Shown one piece after another: positions 18,880 to 28,655 of a stretch of 64,000 bases of DNA (within the stretch, counting starts at the first letter, position 1; every line of letters starts with the position of its first letter). The notes under the pieces are model-generated. The model was not told the DNA's origin. It was given only the letters and a program-made list of their open reading frames with translations, and did no database searches. The position numbers and the translations under genes were made by a program. Origin of the DNA: an uncultured Thalassospiraceae bacterium (GTDB taxonomy: Bacteria; Pseudomonadota; Alphaproteobacteria; Rhodospirillales; Casp-alpha2). The stretch lies in contig CAZQZB010000004.1 of NCBI GenBank assembly GCA_964597695.1, positions 14,001 through 78,000 on the forward strand. The letters are read 5' to 3'.

Positions 18880-19545
18880 TTAGGCCCCCCACATTGATAT
18901 CTCTAGTTTTTTGAGAAATCGGGCGTGAGCCTGTACCTCTTCCGCCGTCGGCGCATGGGGCCGGGGTGGTCTGCGATTACGGGGGCCGGTCTCATCATGT
19001 TGGCAATTGCCCGTGGCGAGGCCCAGGTCCTGCTGCCGGCCGCCGATCAATTGCAGATAGACCTCGGCCAGAAGATCTGCGTCCTTGAGAGCCCCGTGCA
19101 GGGTGCGGTATGAATTATCGATTTGAAATCGTCGGCATAATGCGTCCAGGTTGGCCGGGGCGCCCGGAAATTTGCGCCGGGCCAACTGCACGGTATCGAT
19201 TGCCTGGTAGGCCTTCAGGGCCGGGCGTTCAAGTATCTCAAGTTCGGCATTGATGAAGCCAAGATCGAATTCCGCGTTATGGATAACCAGCGTCGAGTTG
19301 CCGATGAACTCCAGAAACCCGTTAACAATGTCGGCAAAAAGCGGCTGATCTTTGAGAAAGTCTTCGGTCAGCCCGTGGATGGCAACGGCCTGTTCGGGAA
19401 TGTCTCTTTCGGGATTGAGGTACTTATGAAAGGTTTTCCCCGTCGGCACGTAGTTGGCCAGTTCGACGCAGCCGATTTCGACAATTCTATGGCCAGCGCT
19501 GGGATCAAGACCAGTGGTTTCAGTATCAAGAACCACTTCGCGCAT
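18880..19545 (-). CDS. dnaQ: DNA polymerase III subunit epsilon (3'-5' exonuclease)
   Basis: 221 aa. The exonuclease motifs are VLDTETTGL (Exo I), HNAEFDLGF (Exo II) and HGALKDADLLAEVY (Exo III). Confidence 0.9.
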   Translation of the reverse strand: MREVVLDTETTGLDPSAGHRIVEIGCVELANYVPTGKTFHKYLNPERDIPEQAVAIHGLTEDFLKDQPLFADIVNGFLEFIGNSTLVIHNAEFDLGFINAELEILERPALKAYQAIDTVQLARRKFPGAPANLDALCRRFQIDNSYRTLHGALKDADLLAEVYLQLIGGRQQDLGLATGNCQHDETGPRNRRPPRPHAPTAEEVQAHARFLKKLEISMWGA

Positions 19546-19546
19546 T

Positions 19547-20179
19547 TTATTTTCCTTTCACGCCACGCCGAGGGGACCAACTTCCGTCCCACCATTTAGA
19601 GGTGATTCTGACGATGTTCAGAATCTGACGCAAGCTGAAGTCACGGCCAAGACCCGTTAATACAACAAAATCCGCGCGCCGGCATTTTTCGCCATTTGGC
19701 ATTTGCCGTGTCAGAATCGATTTCATCCTTTCTTGGGTCATGCCAGGACGCTTGAGGACCCGCCGTTCCTGTATAAAAACTGGGGCGGAGACGGTAACCA
19801 CCGCATCGCAGCGGGCTTCGCCTTCAGTTTCGTACAGCAATGGCACATCAAGAACCACCAGCCGTTGCCTTCGGCGGGCGGCGATTTCTAGGAATTTCCG
19901 TTCTTGGCAGCGGACCATGGGATGAAGGATCGACTCCAGGCGTGTCAGCGCTTCGGGGTTGCAAAAGACCTCGCCAGCCATTAAATACCGGTCGACGGCA
20001 GGTCCCTTGACGGTGTTCGGAAATATTTTGCCGATTTGAGTAACCGCTTCGCCTCCTTCGGCCAGCAGCCCGTGGACAATTTTATCAGCGTCAAAAACCG
20101 GAACCCCGACCCGCCGAAAGCCGGCTGCTGCTGCTGATTTTCCCATGCCGATGGATCCGGTCAGGCCGAGGATTATCAT
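19547..20179 (-). CDS. coaE: dephospho-CoA kinase
   Basis: 210 aa with the P-loop GLTGSIGMGKS at the N-terminus. It sits between dnaQ and aroE, as is usual in alphaproteobacteria. Confidence 0.9.
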   Translation of the reverse strand: MIILGLTGSIGMGKSAAAAGFRRVGVPVFDADKIVHGLLAEGGEAVTQIGKIFPNTVKGPAVDRYLMAGEVFCNPEALTRLESILHPMVRCQERKFLEIAARRRQRLVVLDVPLLYETEGEARCDAVVTVSAPVFIQERRVLKRPGMTQERMKSILTRQMPNGEKCRRADFVVLTGLGRDFSLRQILNIVRITSKWWDGSWSPRRGVKGK

Positions 20180-21030
20180 TGGGGCATTTCCGGGCCCCCT
20201 AATACAAAGGCCCTAAGCGCTTCATCAACGGCGGGCTCGACGCCGAACCATTGGCTGAAACCGGGGCGGGCCTGGTGCAAAAGCATACCCAGCCCGTTAA
20301 CGGTTGGGTTGCCGCGGCCTGCCCCTTCTGCCAGCAGTGGCGTCGTCAGCGGGGTGTAAACGATATCCGTGATCACGGCTTCCGTCGACAGGGCGCCCAG
20401 GCCTAGGCCGAGGGGTTCGCTACCCGCCATTCCTAGGGTCGTGGTGTTGACAATCAGGGCCGCGTTCTTGAGGGTCGCCTCCCGGTCTTCCCACGGAACA
20501 ATGTTGATGACACCGCCGATTTCCGCCGCTAGGTTCTGGGCGTGCCTGAGGGTACGGTTGGTCAGGCGAAGTTCCGGAACGCCTTCGTCCACCAGCGCCG
20601 CCGTTATAGCCCGGGCCGCCCCTCCGGCACCGAGGACGACTGCAGCGCCGTCGCTTGCCCGCCATCCCGGAGCGCCCGATTTTAGGTTTTCTAAAAATCC
20701 GAAACCGTCGGTAGTTGAGCCCCGCAGGCTTCCATCTGGTTCGACAACCACCGTATTAACCGCACCGATCCGCCGCGCTTTATCCTCTAGGGAATCAACC
20801 GCGTTGGCCGCGGCTTCCTTGTGCGGCACAGTCACATTGACGCCAACGAAGCCGCGGCCGGGAAGGCTTCTGAGCGTGGCTTCGAATTCTTCTGGCGGCA
20901 CGGCCAGGGGAACATAGGCTCCTTTGATATTATGCTTCTTGAGCCAGTAGCCGTGCAGCCTGGGTGACAAGGAATGGCTAACGGGCCACCCCATGACGCC
21001 TGCTTGCCTGGTTTTTCCGCTTGTGGTCAT
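20176..21030 (-). CDS. aroE: shikimate dehydrogenase
   Basis: Track ORF 20176..21075. ATG 21030 is preferred (MTTSGKTRQAGVMGWPVSHSLSPRLHGYW...). The NADP site GAGGAARA is present. Confidence 0.9.
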   Translation of the reverse strand: MTTSGKTRQAGVMGWPVSHSLSPRLHGYWLKKHNIKGAYVPLAVPPEEFEATLRSLPGRGFVGVNVTVPHKEAAANAVDSLEDKARRIGAVNTVVVEPDGSLRGSTTDGFGFLENLKSGAPGWRASDGAAVVLGAGGAARAITAALVDEGVPELRLTNRTLRHAQNLAAEIGGVINIVPWEDREATLKNAALIVNTTTLGMAGSEPLGLGLGALSTEAVITDIVYTPLTTPLLAEGAGRGNPTVNGLGMLLHQARPGFSQWFGVEPAVDEALRAFVLGGPEMPQ

Positions 21031-21113
21031 GGACGGTTCGTTCGGCCGTGTGCTTGAAAGGTCCCCAGTTCTCATCTTATTGGCGCGGAGCCATCTCGTC
21101 GCCCCATATCAAT

Positions 21114-21710
21114 TTATTCTGTAAGGACCCCCACCTCCCGCAAAAATTCGAGAAGTGCTAGAAGCGGCAAACCCAGGATGGTGAAATAATTGCCCTCGAT
21201 ACGGGCGAACAGTTGCGCCCCCGTCCTTTCTAGCCTATAGCCGCCGACACTTTCCAGAATTTCCAAGCCACTCTCCGCGATATAACGCTCAATAAAGGTG
21301 TCACTGAAATCCCGCATAGTCAGGTTGGCCGTTTCAACATATTTCCATAGGGATTCATTATCATGGTAGACCGAGACTGCGGAAACCAGACGATGGGTGT
21401 GGCCGCGAAGGATTTTCAGCGTTGCCACTGCTTGTTCCATATCTCGGGGCTTGTTAAACCACCAGTCATCCAGTTCGAGGATTTGATCAGCACCGATGAC
21501 ATAAGCGCCGGGGTGTCTTTTAGCAATAGCCGCTGCTTTTGTCTGGGCTAGAGTTTGGGTAGCCGGTTCGATTCCTATCCTGTCTTTTCTAAGCTTTTCC
21601 TTCAGTTCTGTCTCGTTGACGAAGGCGGCGTCGACAACATGGCTGATACCGGCATTTTCGAGTAAACGGCTTCGTATCTTGCTGCCAGACGCAAGGACGA
21701 TAAGGTTCAT
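21114..21710 (-). CDS. maf: Maf-like nucleoside triphosphate pyrophosphatase
   Basis: 198 aa. LASGSKIRSRLL, GADQIL and GGYRLE are typical of the Maf family. Confidence 0.9.
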   Translation of the reverse strand: MNLIVLASGSKIRSRLLENAGISHVVDAAFVNETELKEKLRKDRIGIEPATQTLAQTKAAAIAKRHPGAYVIGADQILELDDWWFNKPRDMEQAVATLKILRGHTHRLVSAVSVYHDNESLWKYVETANLTMRDFSDTFIERYIAESGLEILESVGGYRLERTGAQLFARIEGNYFTILGLPLLALLEFLREVGVLTE

Positions 21711-21727
21711 ACCATTGCCGTTGCTAC

Positions 21728-22561
21728 TCAGGTGAACTCTTCCTTGCGACGGTTGTAAAGTTGGAGGATGGTCGCCGCCGTTTCCTCAATCGATTTTCGG
21801 CTGACGTTGATTACCGGCCAATCGTTCTTGGCAAACAGGCGGCGTGCCTCGTTAATTTCTTTCGATACCTTCTCAAAATTGACGTAATCTGTTTCTTCGT
21901 CCTGATCAAGCATACGCAAGCGTTGGCGCCGGATTTCGACAAGTCTTTTTGGTTCCTTGGTTAGACCAACTATCAAGGGACCGATGGTTTTAAAAAGTTC
22001 TTCTGGAATTGGGCATCCGGGAACAATGGGTATGTTCGCTGTTTTAATTCCGCGGTTCGCTAAGTAAATACTGGTCGGGGTTTTCGAAGTCCTAGACACG
22101 CCCAACAATACCACGTCTGCCTCATTTAGGTCCCAAGTCGATTGTCCGTCATCATGACTGAGAACAAAATGCATAGCTTCGATACGACCAAAATATTCCG
22201 CATCCATTACGTGCTGACGTCCGGGCTGGGCGTGGACTTCGGCATCGAGATGAATGCCCAGGGCAGCGGTCACAGGGTCAAGTACAGCAATGCAAGGAAC
22301 TTGAAGTTTCTGGCATCCGTCCTCAAGAATATTGCGGATTTTCACGTTGACGATGGTGTAAAGAACGAAGCCTGGATTTTCCTGGATGCCGGTGATCACA
22401 TCCGTAACCTGTTTTTCAGTGCGGACCATGGACCAAAGGTGCTCCTCGGCGCGAATGTTTTCAAATTGAACCAAGCACGCCCGTGCTACCAAGCCTACAG
22501 TCTCTCCCGTTGAATCTGAAATCAGATGAAGATGAAAGGTTTTTAAGCGTACTGTGTTCAT
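21728..22561 (-). CDS. pyruvate,phosphate dikinase / PEP synthetase regulatory protein (DUF299 kinase-pyrophosphorylase)
   Basis: 277 aa. It starts HLISDSTGET and has the P-loop-like motif GVSRTSKTPTSIYLA, the PpsR/PDRP family signature. Confidence 0.85.
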   Translation of the reverse strand: MNTVRLKTFHLHLISDSTGETVGLVARACLVQFENIRAEEHLWSMVRTEKQVTDVITGIQENPGFVLYTIVNVKIRNILEDGCQKLQVPCIAVLDPVTAALGIHLDAEVHAQPGRQHVMDAEYFGRIEAMHFVLSHDDGQSTWDLNEADVVLLGVSRTSKTPTSIYLANRGIKTANIPIVPGCPIPEELFKTIGPLIVGLTKEPKRLVEIRRQRLRMLDQDEETDYVNFEKVSKEINEARRLFAKNDWPVINVSRKSIEETAATILQLYNRRKEEFT

Positions 22562-22962
22562 AAATTTCCTGGGTGCGCTTTGGGGATAATTTCATCTTTT
22601 TTGTAAAAGGCCTTTTTTATCCGCATTTGTCACGTTTCCATACACCAGGAAAATTACCTGTGTAAAACATTATCCATGACTTGGAAAAAACCCCATGGTT
22701 TAATGATCCTCAAAATTTATTCTCCTTATCCACGTAATAATAGATAGGATAGTGGAGTTTGTTTTTACTGTCTAAAATCCATACATAACCATTATATCCA
22801 CAAGCTTTACCTAACTAATGGAATCTTTTTCTATATTTTTCCAATAATATATAGAACAACTTCTAATCCCCAGGATTCACCCTACAACTACAACTACTAC
22901 CTTCTTTATTATATAAACATAGTTTGTATTAAGAAAAAAATTTTCTGGAAAATCTGTTAAAT
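22562..22962. other. chromosomal origin of replication (oriC), hemE-linked alphaproteobacterial type
   Basis: This is a 401-bp AT-rich non-coding gap. DnaA-box-like 9-mers are TTATCCGCA 22617-22625, TTATCCATG 22670-22678, TTATCCACG 22726-22734, ATATCCACA 22794-22802 and, in reverse, TGGGGATAA 22581-22589. It is adjacent to hemE, parS/parAB/mnmG/rho lie nearby, and gene orientation flips here. Confidence 0.75.
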
Positions 22963-24033
22963 ATGGTCGATTTAAAATTAAAAAAACCGGTGCTTAAAGC
23001 GTTGAATGGCGAAATTTCTAACCGGCCGCCTTTTTGGCTGATGCGCCAAGCAGGTCGTTACCTACCTGAGTATTGGGAAATTCGAGAGCAGGCAAAAAGC
23101 TTTTTGGATTTTTGTTATTCTCCTGACCTTGCTGTTGAAGTGACCCTACAGCCATTGCGCCGATTTCACATGGATGCGGCAATATTATTTTCTGATATTT
23201 TAGTTCTTCCTGATGCCCTAGGTCAAAAAGTCGAGTTTATTCAAGGCAAGGGACCGATACTCAACGCTCTTCAATCCGTTGCTGATGTTAAAAGCCTTTC
23301 CGAAGAAAGAGTCAGTGAATATTTATCACCGGTATTTGAAATGATTAGGCGCCTTGTTAATGAAATCCCCGCTGAAACAGCACTTATTGGTTTTGCTGGC
23401 GCGCCCTGGACCATCGCCGTTTATATGATCGAAGGTAGGGGCGGAACGAATTGTTCCCGCCTTCGTACATGGGCAGAAGAATCTCCTAATGAGTTACAGG
23501 TTCTTATCGATCTTCTGGTCAATACTACAATTGGGTACTTAATTCATCAGATTCGGAACGGCGTGGAAATCATTCAGATCTTCGACAGTTGGGCTGGAAT
23601 CTTAAGCAACGATAACAAACAATTTCGGCGCTGGATCATCGAGCCAACTCGGCAAATCGTGGAACGGCTACATGAAAGCTTCCCTGGTGTCCCTATCATT
23701 GGATTTCCTAGAAACGGCGGAGAGCAGATCGAGAATTATATCACCGAAACTGGCATCCAAGGCGTAGCCCTAGACCAAAACGTGCCGTTACCCTGGATAG
23801 CCGGGACTCTGCAGCCGAAATGCACCGTTCAGGGCAACCTCGACAACAAGGTCCTGGTTACGGGCGGGGAAAAACTGGAACAGGAAACGACACGTATCCT
23901 AGAGGCCCTTTCCGACGGGCCATTTATCTTTAACCTCGGTCACGGCGTGTTGCCTGAGACACCGTTAGATCACGTCGCACAATTAACGGAATTGATCCGG
24001 AATTGGCCTAGCGCCCGTCGGGAGACCGCCTGA
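22963..24033 (+). CDS. hemE: uroporphyrinogen decarboxylase
   Basis: 356 aa. RPPFWLMRQAGRYLPEY and ILFSDIL are HemE hallmarks. Confidence 0.95.
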   Translation: MVDLKLKKPVLKALNGEISNRPPFWLMRQAGRYLPEYWEIREQAKSFLDFCYSPDLAVEVTLQPLRRFHMDAAILFSDILVLPDALGQKVEFIQGKGPILNALQSVADVKSLSEERVSEYLSPVFEMIRRLVNEIPAETALIGFAGAPWTIAVYMIEGRGGTNCSRLRTWAEESPNELQVLIDLLVNTTIGYLIHQIRNGVEIIQIFDSWAGILSNDNKQFRRWIIEPTRQIVERLHESFPGVPIIGFPRNGGEQIENYITETGIQGVALDQNVPLPWIAGTLQPKCTVQGNLDNKVLVTGGEKLEQETTRILEALSDGPFIFNLGHGVLPETPLDHVAQLTELIRNWPSARRETA

Positions 24034-25070
24034 TGGGGCGACTTGCGGTCGTTCTGTTTAACCTCGGCGGACCGGACAGCCTAGAAGCGGTCGAACCGTT
24101 TCTTTTTAATCTTTTCAATGATCCGGCCATCTTCAGCGACGCCAAGCCGTTCAGATGGGTAACGGCGAAATTCATCTCCCGCCGTAGGGCCAAAGTGGCG
24201 CGGGAGATTTACCGGAAACTTGATGGTAGATCACCACTGCTTGAGGAAACTCGGGCGCAAGCTGAGGCGCTTCAACGAAGACTCATGGACCAGGTGGAAG
24301 ATGTCAGGGTCTTTATCGCCATGCGCTACTGGCATCCGATGAGTAACGACACGGCTCGAGAGGTTAAAACCTTTCAGCCAGATGAGATTATCTTATTACC
24401 GCTCTATCCACAGTTTTCAACGACCACCACCGGTTCATCCTTGGCGGAATGGCACCAAGCCGCCCTAGCGGTAGGCCTGAACCGGCCTACTCGGGCCGTT
24501 TGCTGTTACCCAAAGGAACCCGGGGTCATTCAGGGTCAGGCCAAGTTAATAACAGCCGTTATGGAAAAAGCCGAAATCTATGGACGGCCCAGGGTATTGT
24601 TTTCCGCACACGGCCTGCCGAAAAAAATTGTTGCCAAGGGCGATCCCTATCAATGGCAGATCGAACAGACATCTCGCGCTGTCGCGGAGGCACTGCAAAT
24701 GCCGGACCTGGACTGGGCCGTCTGCTACCAAAGCCAGCTCGGGCCGCTGGAGTGGATCGGACCCAGCATTGATTACGAATTGTCCCGAGCCGGCAAAGAC
24801 GGCATCCCCGTAATCGTGGTCCCCATCGCATTCGTGTCGGAACATTCGGAAACGCTAGTCGAGCTTGATATCGAATACCGCGACATGGCCCATAGGTTGA
24901 ATGTTCCGGCCTATAACCGGGTGCCGGCGCTCGGCTGCCAGGAGGACTTCATCAATGGCCTAGGGCGGTTGGTTGAAATGGCTAGACGGCGTGATATCGG
25001 CACCGGGTCGGCCAAAGAAGGCCGACAATGCCCCGCCGGGCATGCCGGGTGCCCCTTGATAGAATTTTAA
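24033..25070 (+). CDS. hemH: ferrochelatase
   Basis: 345 aa. Features are VVLFNLGGPDSLEAVEPFLFNLFNDP, LLPLYPQFSTTTTGS, FSAHGLP and FVSEHSETL. Confidence 0.95.
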   Translation: MGRLAVVLFNLGGPDSLEAVEPFLFNLFNDPAIFSDAKPFRWVTAKFISRRRAKVAREIYRKLDGRSPLLEETRAQAEALQRRLMDQVEDVRVFIAMRYWHPMSNDTAREVKTFQPDEIILLPLYPQFSTTTTGSSLAEWHQAALAVGLNRPTRAVCCYPKEPGVIQGQAKLITAVMEKAEIYGRPRVLFSAHGLPKKIVAKGDPYQWQIEQTSRAVAEALQMPDLDWAVCYQSQLGPLEWIGPSIDYELSRAGKDGIPVIVVPIAFVSEHSETLVELDIEYRDMAHRLNVPAYNRVPALGCQEDFINGLGRLVEMARRRDIGTGSAKEGRQCPAGHAGCPLIEF

Positions 25071-25085
25071 TTATCGGAGGACCCC

Positions 25086-25535
25086 ATGCCGGAGCTGTCA
25101 GGGACAGCCACCCTTTGGATCAAGGCTTTTCATATCATTAGCGTCATCGCCTGGATGGCAGGACTTCTGTACCTGCCGAGACTGTTCGTCTATCACGTCG
25201 ACGCGACCCCCCAATCAGAATGGTCCGAGACCCTTAAAACCATGGAACGGCGTCTTTTGAAGGCGATCATGAATCCGGCGATGTTGGCATCGTTGGGGAC
25301 CGGGGGGGCGTTGTTGATGAACCTCGATGACGCCGCCTGGAAAGACGGATGGTTGTACGGCAAGCTGGTTTTGGCGGTCGGCCTGTTGGCGGTCCATATA
25401 GTCATGGGCCGGTGGCGGCGGGATTTCGCCAAAGACAAAAATATCCGGACGGGAAAATTCTACCGCATCCTGAACGAAGTGCCGACCGTGCTGATGATCG
25501 GGATCGTCTTTCTTGTGGTCGTGCAGCCGTTTTAA
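25086..25535 (+). CDS. hemJ: protoporphyrinogen IX oxidase, HemJ type
   Basis: 149 aa with 4 TM segments. WIKAFHIISVIAWMAGLLYLPRLFVYH is the HemJ/UPF0093 signature. It follows hemE-hemH. Confidence 0.85.
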   Translation: MPELSGTATLWIKAFHIISVIAWMAGLLYLPRLFVYHVDATPQSEWSETLKTMERRLLKAIMNPAMLASLGTGGALLMNLDDAAWKDGWLYGKLVLAVGLLAVHIVMGRWRRDFAKDKNIRTGKFYRILNEVPTVLMIGIVFLVVVQPF

Positions 25536-25665
25536 CTTTTTAGAAGATTGGGACGAGCCTTGAAATCTTCATTTGACAGCTCCCAGGTGTTTGTTTAATC
25601 CTTCTATCGACCTGTCGAATCCGACACCCGCTACCAATTAATTTATTTGATATTTAAACCCGCCA

Positions 25666-25688
25666 AGCGGGCTTCTTGCCCGCTTTTC
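25666..25688 (+). terminator. rho-independent terminator downstream of hemJ
   Basis: Stem AGCGGGC (25666-25672), loop TTCTT, stem GCCCGCT (25678-25684), then TTTT. An overlapping alternative pairing CCCGC/GCGGG lies just upstream. Confidence 0.55.
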
Positions 25689-25786
25689 CGGATTTCAGCC
25701 CGCTCAGACAGAAACTACCGGACATTTCCCTCTCTTGATGTGGCGCCGAAACCAGATCACCGTTTCGATGAATCCAAAGACCTAAA

Positions 25787-27043
25787 ATGAATCTTCAAGA
25801 GCTTAAAAGCAAAACCCCGGCCGACCTTCTGGCCTACGCCGAGGAACTGGAAATCGAAAACGCCAGCTCACTCCGCAAGCAGGACATGATGTTTGCGATT
25901 CTAAAGCAGCTGGCAGAAAATGACGTCTCTATATTCGGGATCGGCGTCCTTGAAGTGCTGCAGGACGGGTTCGGTTTCTTGCGAAGCCCTGAAGCCAACT
26001 ATCTACCGGGTCCCGATGATATTTACGTCTCGCCTAGCCAGGTGCGACGCTTCGCTCTCAGAACTGGCGACACGGTGGAAGGAGAAATCCGTTCGCCAAA
26101 AGACGGTGAACGGTATTTCGCGCTCCTGAAGATCAATCAGGTCAATTTCGGTGATTCGAGCGACGTCCGCCACCGCATCAATTTCGACAACCTGACACCG
26201 CTCTATCCCGACGAACAATTAGAGATGGAACAGGACAATACTAACGGGAAAGACCCGACGACCCGAGTCATCGATCTCATCTGTCCCATCGGCAAGGGAC
26301 AACGGGCCCTGATCGTATCACCGCCGCGCACTGGCAAGACCGTGATGCTGCAGAACATCGCTCACTCCATCACGTTGAACCATCCGGAATGCTATCTGAT
26401 CGTGTTGCTGATCGATGAAAGACCGGAGGAAGTGACCGACATGTCGCGCTCTGTCAAGGGCGAGGTGGTCAGCTCTACCTTTGACGAGCCTGCGGCGCGC
26501 CACGTTCAGGTTGCTGAAATGGTGATCGAAAAGGCCAAGCGTCTGGTTGAACACAAACGCGACGTTGTAATCCTGCTGGACTCCATCACCCGGCTGGCCC
26601 GAGCCTACAACACAGTGGTGCCGTCGTCCGGCAAGGTTCTGACCGGCGGCGTCGACGCTAACGCCCTGCAGCGGCCGAAACGCTTCTTCGGCGCCGCCCG
26701 CAACATCGAAGAGGGCGGCTCGCTCACCATAATCTCGACGGCGCTCATCGAGACCGGCTCGCGCATGGACGAGGTCATCTTCGAAGAATTCAAGGGCACC
26801 GGCAATTCGGAAATCATCCTCGACCGCAAACTCTCGGACAAACGGACCTGGCCTTCCATCGACATCACCAAATCAGGTACCCGCAAGGAAGAACTACTGG
26901 TCGACAAGGGGACGCTTTCGAAGATGTGGGTATTGCGCCGCATACTGATGCCCATGGGCGTCACCGACGCCATGGAATTCCTCCTCGACAAGCTCAAGGT
27001 GTCGAAGAATAACCAGGACTTCTTCGACTCCATGAACACCTGA
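25787..27043 (+). CDS. rho: transcription termination factor Rho
   Basis: 418 aa. It has an N-terminal RNA-binding domain (DGFGFLR...), Walker A PPRTGKT, and the typical C-terminus. Confidence 0.97.
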   Translation: MNLQELKSKTPADLLAYAEELEIENASSLRKQDMMFAILKQLAENDVSIFGIGVLEVLQDGFGFLRSPEANYLPGPDDIYVSPSQVRRFALRTGDTVEGEIRSPKDGERYFALLKINQVNFGDSSDVRHRINFDNLTPLYPDEQLEMEQDNTNGKDPTTRVIDLICPIGKGQRALIVSPPRTGKTVMLQNIAHSITLNHPECYLIVLLIDERPEEVTDMSRSVKGEVVSSTFDEPAARHVQVAEMVIEKAKRLVEHKRDVVILLDSITRLARAYNTVVPSSGKVLTGGVDANALQRPKRFFGAARNIEEGGSLTIISTALIETGSRMDEVIFEEFKGTGNSEIILDRKLSDKRTWPSIDITKSGTRKEELLVDKGTLSKMWVLRRILMPMGVTDAMEFLLDKLKVSKNNQDFFDSMNT

Positions 27044-27102
27044 TGACAAAGCGCCGGCAATTTGCTGACCCTCCGCAGAACACTCTTAAAAATTGCAATT
27101 GC

Positions 27103-28077
27103 TTACGGCAGTAAAACCGTAGATCCGGTTGTCTTGCGGGCTTCCAGATCGCGGTGGGCCTCGGCCGTGTCCTTAAGCGCATAAGTCTGATTGACGTTGA
27201 TCTTCACGTGCCCGTCCTGGACCACGTCGAAAAGAGCGTTGGCGCATTCGTTCAACGACTCGCGTGTCGCCGTGTGGGTGGCCAGCGTCTGGCGGGTGAG
27301 GTAGAGCGACCCCTTGGGGCCCAGCGAGGCGATATTGACCGGGTCCACGGGTCCCGACGCGTTGCCGAAGGACACCATCAGGCCGAAAGGCCGGAGGCAA
27401 TCCAGCGAGTCCTCGAATGTGTCCTTGCCGATGGAATCGTAAACCACGGGAACGCCCTCGCCGACGGTGATTTCCTTGACCCGCTCAATTACGCTCTCTT
27501 CGTGGTAGAGGATCGGATGATCACAGCCGTTGGCCTTAGCCAGCGTGGCCTTTTCCTCGGAACCGACGCAACCAATGACGGTAGCGCCCAGGTGCTTCGC
27601 CCACTGGCACATGATCAAACCGACGCCGCCGGCGGCGGCGTAGAACAGGATGGTGTCGCCAGGATTGACCCGGTAGACCCGGTTCAGGAGATAGTATGCG
27701 GTCATGCCCTGGAGCATCATCGCCGCGGCGGTCTGGTCGTTGATGTCGTCAGGGAGTGGCACCAGCCGGTCGGTGCCCATGACACGCTCTTCCGCATAGG
27801 CGCCGAGCCCCATGGCATAGGCAACCCGGTCACCGGTTCTAACATCGGTGACGCCGTCACCAACCTCCTCGACAACACCAGCCGCTTCCATGCCGAGCAC
27901 CAATGGCATGTCGCCCAAGTGATAAAGTCCCGAACGTTGGTAGGTGTCGATGTAATTGAGACCGACGACGGTGTGGCGTAGGCGCACCTCGCCGGGTCCG
28001 GGGGCACCGACTTCGACGTCGTCCCAGGACAGCTTCTCCGGTCCGCCGGTTTCGTGAATGCGAATGGCCTTAGTCAT
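27103..28077 (-). CDS. qor: NADPH:quinone oxidoreductase (zeta-crystallin/MDR family)
   Basis: 324 aa. Features are MTKAIRIHETGGPEKLSWDDVEVGAPGPGEVRLRH, the NAD(P)-binding motif AAAGGVG, and the C-terminal TGSTVLLP. Confidence 0.85.
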   Translation of the reverse strand: MTKAIRIHETGGPEKLSWDDVEVGAPGPGEVRLRHTVVGLNYIDTYQRSGLYHLGDMPLVLGMEAAGVVEEVGDGVTDVRTGDRVAYAMGLGAYAEERVMGTDRLVPLPDDINDQTAAAMMLQGMTAYYLLNRVYRVNPGDTILFYAAAGGVGLIMCQWAKHLGATVIGCVGSEEKATLAKANGCDHPILYHEESVIERVKEITVGEGVPVVYDSIGKDTFEDSLDCLRPFGLMVSFGNASGPVDPVNIASLGPKGSLYLTRQTLATHTATRESLNECANALFDVVQDGHVKINVNQTYALKDTAEAHRDLEARKTTGSTVLLP

Positions 28078-28195
28078 AATTCCTCCCTGATCGTTTGGGC
28101 CGCCTTGGCGGCGAATTCGTTATACGGCCGTTATTTTGGAGCGGAAGGGTGTAAACAGCAAGCCGAGTGAAAGGCACGATGAAAGGCGGGGCGCC

Positions 28196-28648
28196 TCAGG
28201 CGATCAAACAGCCCTCGAGCCTGAGGAGCGCAATCTTGGTTTCCACCCCGGCGCCGCCCGTATAACCGACCGCCTGCCCGTCCCTTCCGACGACCCGGTG
28301 ACAGGGAATGATGATAGGAATGGGGTTCTTCCCGCAGGCGCCACCAACGGCCCTGGGGGCGCTCATGAGCGCCCCCGCGATATCGCCGTAGGTTTGGGTC
28401 CGGCCATAGGGAATCCGCCTCAACTGGCCCCAGACGGCCCTCTGGAAGGCTGAGCCTGCAGGGTGCAGTGGCAGTTCGAAGATTTTCAGTTTGCCATCGA
28501 AATAGGCATCAAGCTGGCGCCGCGCTTCCTCCAACAACGGCGACGACTTCGGATCGCCGACCCGGCCCCATTCGACGGCGACGATGGCCCCGGCGTCGGC
28601 GAATAGCGTCAACGGGCCGACGGGGCTGTTCATGGAAAGATAACCCAT
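28196..28648 (-). CDS. ogt: methylated-DNA--protein-cysteine methyltransferase
   Basis: 150 aa with the active-site motif IPCHRVVG. ATG 28633 is an alternative start. Confidence 0.9.
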   Translation of the reverse strand: MGYLSMNSPVGPLTLFADAGAIVAVEWGRVGDPKSSPLLEEARRQLDAYFDGKLKIFELPLHPAGSAFQRAVWGQLRRIPYGRTQTYGDIAGALMSAPRAVGGACGKNPIPIIIPCHRVVGRDGQAVGYTGGAGVETKIALLRLEGCLIA

Positions 28649-28655
28649 GCGCCGA

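Noticed and set aside
22562-22962. CtrA-binding sites (TTAA-N7-TTAA) in the origin, as in Caulobacter Cori
   Set aside because: TTAA tetramers occur at about 22700, 22929, 22957, 22972 and 22978, but none are spaced by 7 nt. There is no support for CtrA control from sequence alone.
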